Virus record (IMG/VR): IMGVR_UViG_3300045457_000281
Coordinates: 1-40,076 of that record
DNA: 40,076 nt
From: a virus
Taxonomy: Duplodnaviria > Caudoviricetes
Direction: 5' to 3' (one strand)
The notes beneath the pieces were generated by a model. That model was not told where the DNA came from. It ran no database searches and saw nothing but the letters and a program-made list of their open reading frames with translations. This document shows, piece by piece, positions 36,404 to 40,076 of this stretch (position 1 is its first letter; the number at the start of each line of letters is the position of its first letter). The translations under genes and the position numbers were made by a program.

Positions 36404-36786
36404 AATATATCACTAAACAATCAATGATTCTGGCCGCCTTTTTAATGCCTGTTTTGCTATGGGCTGAAGAAATTGTGGAAGTTCCATTGGAATCCTTTTT
36501 GCTTGAGCTTGTGGTTAAGCTTGGTGGTCTTAAGGGAATGGGCGTTATGGCTAGCGTCCTCGTTGGCGTTCAGTTGGTCATGATGGGTCTCAAAACTCGT
36601 CTTGGTCAATATGCCGGCAAATATCGATTGGTGGCAGTTTATATGCTGACAGTGGCGTCCTCATTGATTGCTTTGAAATCAAGCGGTCAAGATTGGGTAT
36701 CTGCCGCACTTCACGCCAATACGCTTGCCGCTTTCCAAGTGTTTGGAAACCAAGTATACAAACAATTCATCACTAAGAAAGACTAA
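36400..36786 (+). CDS. Multi-TM membrane protein, putative holin
   Basis: Three to four hydrophobic segments, basic C-terminus, near the endolysin. Confidence 0.55.
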   Translation: MKYITKQSMILAAFLMPVLLWAEEIVEVPLESFLLELVVKLGGLKGMGVMASVLVGVQLVMMGLKTRLGQYAGKYRLVAVYMLTVASSLIALKSSGQDWVSAALHANTLAAFQVFGNQVYKQFITKKD

Positions 36787-37004
36787 TGCTTTCTCTGATT
36801 ACAGCGGCGCTGCAAGGATTAGCGGCTATTCCGAAGATCCTTGATTTTCTGAACGAGTTAAACCTTGCGGCCCGGCTGAATCAGATTGAAAAAAATCAAC
36901 AGGCTATTCGAGCCAGTTTTGATTTGCTTGAAAAAGCAAAAACTCCAAAGGACATTCAAGATGCTGCGACTGCTTTGTCTAAGTCTTGGAATAAGTTTTC
37001 TTAG
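36786..37004 (+). CDS. Putative i-spanin-like protein
   Basis: Hydrophobic N-terminus + coiled coil; overlaps the lipoprotein gene. Confidence 0.45.
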   Translation: MLSLITAALQGLAAIPKILDFLNELNLAARLNQIEKNQQAIRASFDLLEKAKTPKDIQDAATALSKSWNKFS

Positions 37005-37203
37005 TTCATGTGGCCCAAATCGGCCCGCACTTACCTTCTGCTTCTTTTCAGCGCAGCAAGTCATGATGAAGTGTACTGACCCGAAAGGGAAAGAGTACGA
37101 CTGTGACACAGATTGCATGGATGGTTTCTTTGGAATGCCTAAACAAGATGCCGAGAAATTGTTAGAATATGTGACGGATCTTGAGAAAAAGACTGTTAAA
37201 TGA
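36961..37203 (+). CDS. Lipoprotein, putative o-spanin
   Basis: MLRLLCLSLGISFLSSC signal/lipobox; AAGGA RBS before ATG 36961. Confidence 0.65.
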   Translation: MLRLLCLSLGISFLSSCGPNRPALTFCFFSAQQVMMKCTDPKGKEYDCDTDCMDGFFGMPKQDAEKLLEYVTDLEKKTVK

Positions 37204-37697
37204 AACTTACCAAAGCTCAATGGTTAAAGATTAAAAGCGCAGCAAGACAGCATGAGCTTGATCCTCATTTGGTTGGGGCCATTGTTTTGCAAGAATCGGC
37301 TGGCATGGAAATGGCGATGCGTTTTGAACCCAAATGGCGTTTCATGTATAAGCCTGAACTCTTTAGCAAACTGAATCTGACGACGCTGGAGACCGAGCGA
37401 GCCCTTCAATCAATGAGCTGGGGGCTAATGCAGATCATGGGCACAGTTGCTCGGGAATGGGGACACAAAGGACCCATGCCAGAATTGCTTGGCATTCGAT
37501 TAAATCTCGACATCGGATGTCGGCATTTAAAAAAGAAGCTTAATCTATATGGGGAGCCTGATGGCATTGCGGCCTATAATTCAGGAAGCCCTCAAAAAAA
37601 TTCACAGGGAAAACTGTTCAATCAAATTTACGTTGATAGAATTATAAAACTGAGGGGACAGCTATCCACGAACACAACAAAGTTTTTAACGTCTTAA
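37200..37697 (+). CDS. Endolysin, SLT-family lytic transglycosylase
   Basis: QES catalytic Glu, GLMQ, AAYNSG motifs. Confidence 0.9.
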   Translation: MKLTKAQWLKIKSAARQHELDPHLVGAIVLQESAGMEMAMRFEPKWRFMYKPELFSKLNLTTLETERALQSMSWGLMQIMGTVAREWGHKGPMPELLGIRLNLDIGCRHLKKKLNLYGEPDGIAAYNSGSPQKNSQGKLFNQIYVDRIIKLRGQLSTNTTKFLTS

Positions 37698-37716
37698 ACA
37701 AACAAGGGGAGGCATA

Positions 37717-39381
37717 ATGGCCACAGAAAATCTAAAGCTTAATACATTCGACATCACAGCGAATCGTCCAAAGCTTAAAGACTCACAATCGACAGAGATT
37801 AAATTTAAAGAGGTTGAAGTTTCAGATTTATCAACGCCGGTAAACTACACAGCCGTCGATAAAAAACTCAGCACTCACTTAGCAGCGATCGATTCGGCTC
37901 TTGGTGCGAGTGCTGGCACAACAATGACGGATGACGTTTTTAGAATTGATAACGTCACAGACCCTACAAAGCGAATTGCTTTTAGCGCTGCCAACATTCT
38001 GACCAACACAACTCGCACAATCACAATGGCAAACGCAGATGTGAATCTGGCCGATGTGAATAATGCTTTGTTGAAAGATGGTTCACGAGCCATGACTGGT
38101 AACCTGGACATTGCAAACTTCCAAATCACAAATCTTGGAACGCCTTCGCAAGATGACCATGCTGCTTCAAAGCAATATGTGGATCAGTTGCTTGATGGCC
38201 GCAAGTGGAAGCAATCTGTCAAATGTGCGACGACAGCAGATCTAGGTTCACTTGCTGGATTGTTAACAATCGATAACGTGACGCTGCTTGCTGGCGATCG
38301 AGTCTTGGTAAAAAACCAAGCGGCACCTGCTGCGAACGGTATCTATGTGGCAAGTACAACTCCATGGGATCGGGCGGAAGATGCTGATTCTGCTGAGGAG
38401 CTGGTCGCTGCTGCTGTCTATGTTGAGCAAGGAACTGAAAACGCTGACAAGCAATTTGCTCAAACCTCTGACAACATTACTATTGGATCGACTGCGATTG
38501 TGTGGGCTCTGACAAGTGCAAACCACTTCTCTGGCCATGACATGATTATCTTTAACGGTGGTCAAATCTCCGTTGATTTGGCTACGGCTGGCGGTCTTTC
38601 TTCTACAAGCCCGGGCAACTCAGGCGGTCAACTCCAGATCAATGTGGACAATGTTGGCGTTGAAATTTCTTCCAATGCTTTGCGTTTAAAAGACGCCGGC
38701 GTGACTTCAGAAAAGCTGGCCTCTTCCGTTGCTGGAGATATGATTGCCGGTGGCGCAGGTTCAGCATTAAGCTTGGATCTTGCCTCTAACGCCGGTCTTG
38801 TCTCGACGAATCCTGGTAACGTTGCTGGTCAATTACAAATCAACACCGATGAATCGACGATTGAACGTTCAAGCAACGTTCTCCAAGTCAAAGATCTTGG
38901 GATCACTTCGAGCAAATTGGCGGCGAATGCTGTCACCAAAGACAAGCTTAATAGCGACGTAGTTGGCATTGGTCTTCAAATCTCCGCTACGGGTGAGATT
39001 GAAGATGATGATGTTCAAGTGCTCCAAAATGATGATGCCGCTCCCTTCTCAGCGGGCGAGTTTGGAATCATTGAATCTGACGGCCATGTTGTGAAACTCC
39101 AAGCAAACTATGCTGGCGCCATTGGTATTGGTTCCGGTTTTGTGGTTGCTTTGGCTTCAGTTGCCTCGGGCGCTACTGGCAAGTTTGCCGTGGGTTCGGT
39201 TGTGGTCGGAGGCTTTACAGGTCTTTCTGAAGAGCTGCCTGTCTATGTGTCTCGAACCACCAAAGGTAGCTACATTCAGAGCTTGTCTGGATTCGTAGCC
39301 GGTGAGCACATCGTCAAATTGGGTAAAGCGATCTCTCAAACAAAGATTAAGTTTGAGCCTGAATACGTCGCTGAAATGTAA
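37717..39381 (+). CDS. 554-aa head/tail fibre-like structural protein
   Basis: AASKQYVD, WKQSVKCATT, GDRVLVKNQ...NGIY; two internal repeats (SVDLA..GGQLQIN..KD.G.T..KLA); GGAGG RBS; own terminator. Confidence 0.75.
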   Translation: MATENLKLNTFDITANRPKLKDSQSTEIKFKEVEVSDLSTPVNYTAVDKKLSTHLAAIDSALGASAGTTMTDDVFRIDNVTDPTKRIAFSAANILTNTTRTITMANADVNLADVNNALLKDGSRAMTGNLDIANFQITNLGTPSQDDHAASKQYVDQLLDGRKWKQSVKCATTADLGSLAGLLTIDNVTLLAGDRVLVKNQAAPAANGIYVASTTPWDRAEDADSAEELVAAAVYVEQGTENADKQFAQTSDNITIGSTAIVWALTSANHFSGHDMIIFNGGQISVDLATAGGLSSTSPGNSGGQLQINVDNVGVEISSNALRLKDAGVTSEKLASSVAGDMIAGGAGSALSLDLASNAGLVSTNPGNVAGQLQINTDESTIERSSNVLQVKDLGITSSKLAANAVTKDKLNSDVVGIGLQISATGEIEDDDVQVLQNDDAAPFSAGEFGIIESDGHVVKLQANYAGAIGIGSGFVVALASVASGATGKFAVGSVVVGGFTGLSEELPVYVSRTTKGSYIQSLSGFVAGEHIVKLGKAISQTKIKFEPEYVAEM

Positions 39382-39390
39382 ACAATCTGC

Positions 39391-39428
39391 AATGGGGAAA
39401 AGGCTTTGCTTCAAGGCCTTTCCCCATT
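39391..39428 (+). terminator. Long hairpin, probable terminator
   Basis: AATGGGGAAAAGGCTTT...AAGGCCTTTCCCCATT near-perfect inverted repeat. Confidence 0.7.
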
Positions 39429-39444
39429 TATTCTTGAGTGGTCT

Positions 39445-40076
39445 ATGCGTCTAAAGGGCTTTCGATCAGATTCTGACCCCAGTACCAAAAGAACACCTTA
39501 TGCAATTTATTCAGGCAATGGAACGCCTGAGGGTGCGATCACGGCAGTGCCGGGTGATATTTACGTTGATCGACTTGAAACTGATGGAAAGCTTTGGGTA
39601 AAAAATACAGGCACCGGAAATACAGGCTGGGTGCAGGTTTCCGCAAGCTCTCAAGTTTCACGCCAAGACGAAACATTTTTAGGCGATAACGTTGAAACGG
39701 ACTTTCCGTTAGCGACCATTGATCTAGTCACCAATGGAATCATTGATGTCTATGTGAATGGTCTTCTTTATCGAGAAGGCGCAAGCCAAGATTACACGTT
39801 AGACATTGTAAATGATGTAGTCATTTTTAATACACCCCCAGCAAGTGGGGCTGAAATCTTGGTTCGAAAATGGTCTGGAACCAGTGGAGGCGGAGCCCCG
39901 GCTGAGGAATATATTGAGGCCACAGGTGGCACAGTTACGACAGTTGGGGATTACAATGTCCACACTTTTACATCATCGGGAACGTTTGAAGTTACGAATG
40001 CACCCGCAGGCCGAACTTTAGAAGTGGTAGTGATTGCCGGAGGTGGCGGCGGCGGGATGTTAGGAGGGGGCGGGGG
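39445..40076 (+). CDS. N-terminal part of the glycine-rich fibre protein (continues at 22..1585 across the join)
   Basis: MRLKGFRSD...GNGTPEGAITAVPGDIYV...VYVNGL...PAEEYIEATGG...VIAGGGGGGMLGGG; no stop before the window end. Confidence 0.8.
   Translation, partial: MRLKGFRSDSDPSTKRTPYAIYSGNGTPEGAITAVPGDIYVDRLETDGKLWVKNTGTGNTGWVQVSASSQVSRQDETFLGDNVETDFPLATIDLVTNGIIDVYVNGLLYREGASQDYTLDIVNDVVIFNTPPASGAEILVRKWSGTSGGGAPAEEYIEATGGTVTTVGDYNVHTFTSSGTFEVTNAPAGRTLEVVVIAGGGGGGMLGGGG
40056..40076. repeat. 21-bp terminal direct repeat (right copy)
   Basis: Identical to 1-21. Confidence 0.95.

Noticed and set aside
1-40076. Stop-codon reassignment
   Set aside because: Genes are full length and tightly coupled in the standard bacterial code, with TAA, TAG and TGA all used as stops.

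Overview
The window appears to be a complete, circularly permuted ~40 kb genome of a tailed dsDNA phage (Caudoviricetes) with a contractile tail. The first 21 nt equal the last 21 nt, and an ORF starting at 39445 reads in frame across the join into 2..1585. Gene order: accessory fibre/decoration cluster with a GT4 glycosyltransferase (37717..40076 + 1..6748); XRE-HTH regulator with overlapping divergent promoters; early/recombination genes, a metallophosphoesterase and RusA; a lambda-O-type replication initiator with internal iterons; TerS, TerL, portal; three basic proteins sharing an N-terminal FxxxxG[RK][IV][IV]PI[RK] motif; MuF-like protein, scaffold, capsid, neck; sheath, tube, chaperone with a -1 frameshift, tape measure, baseplate, tail fibre; lysis genes. 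I recognised no integrase, DNA polymerase, helicase, tRNA or CRISPR array. The best candidate for an undescribed system is the portal-MuF cassette, where one shared 12-aa tag is fused to unrelated cargoes (two Gly-zipper proteins and a GNAT acetyltransferase), suggesting capsid-packaged, injected effectors. All calls come from reading motifs and synteny by eye; no database searches were run.
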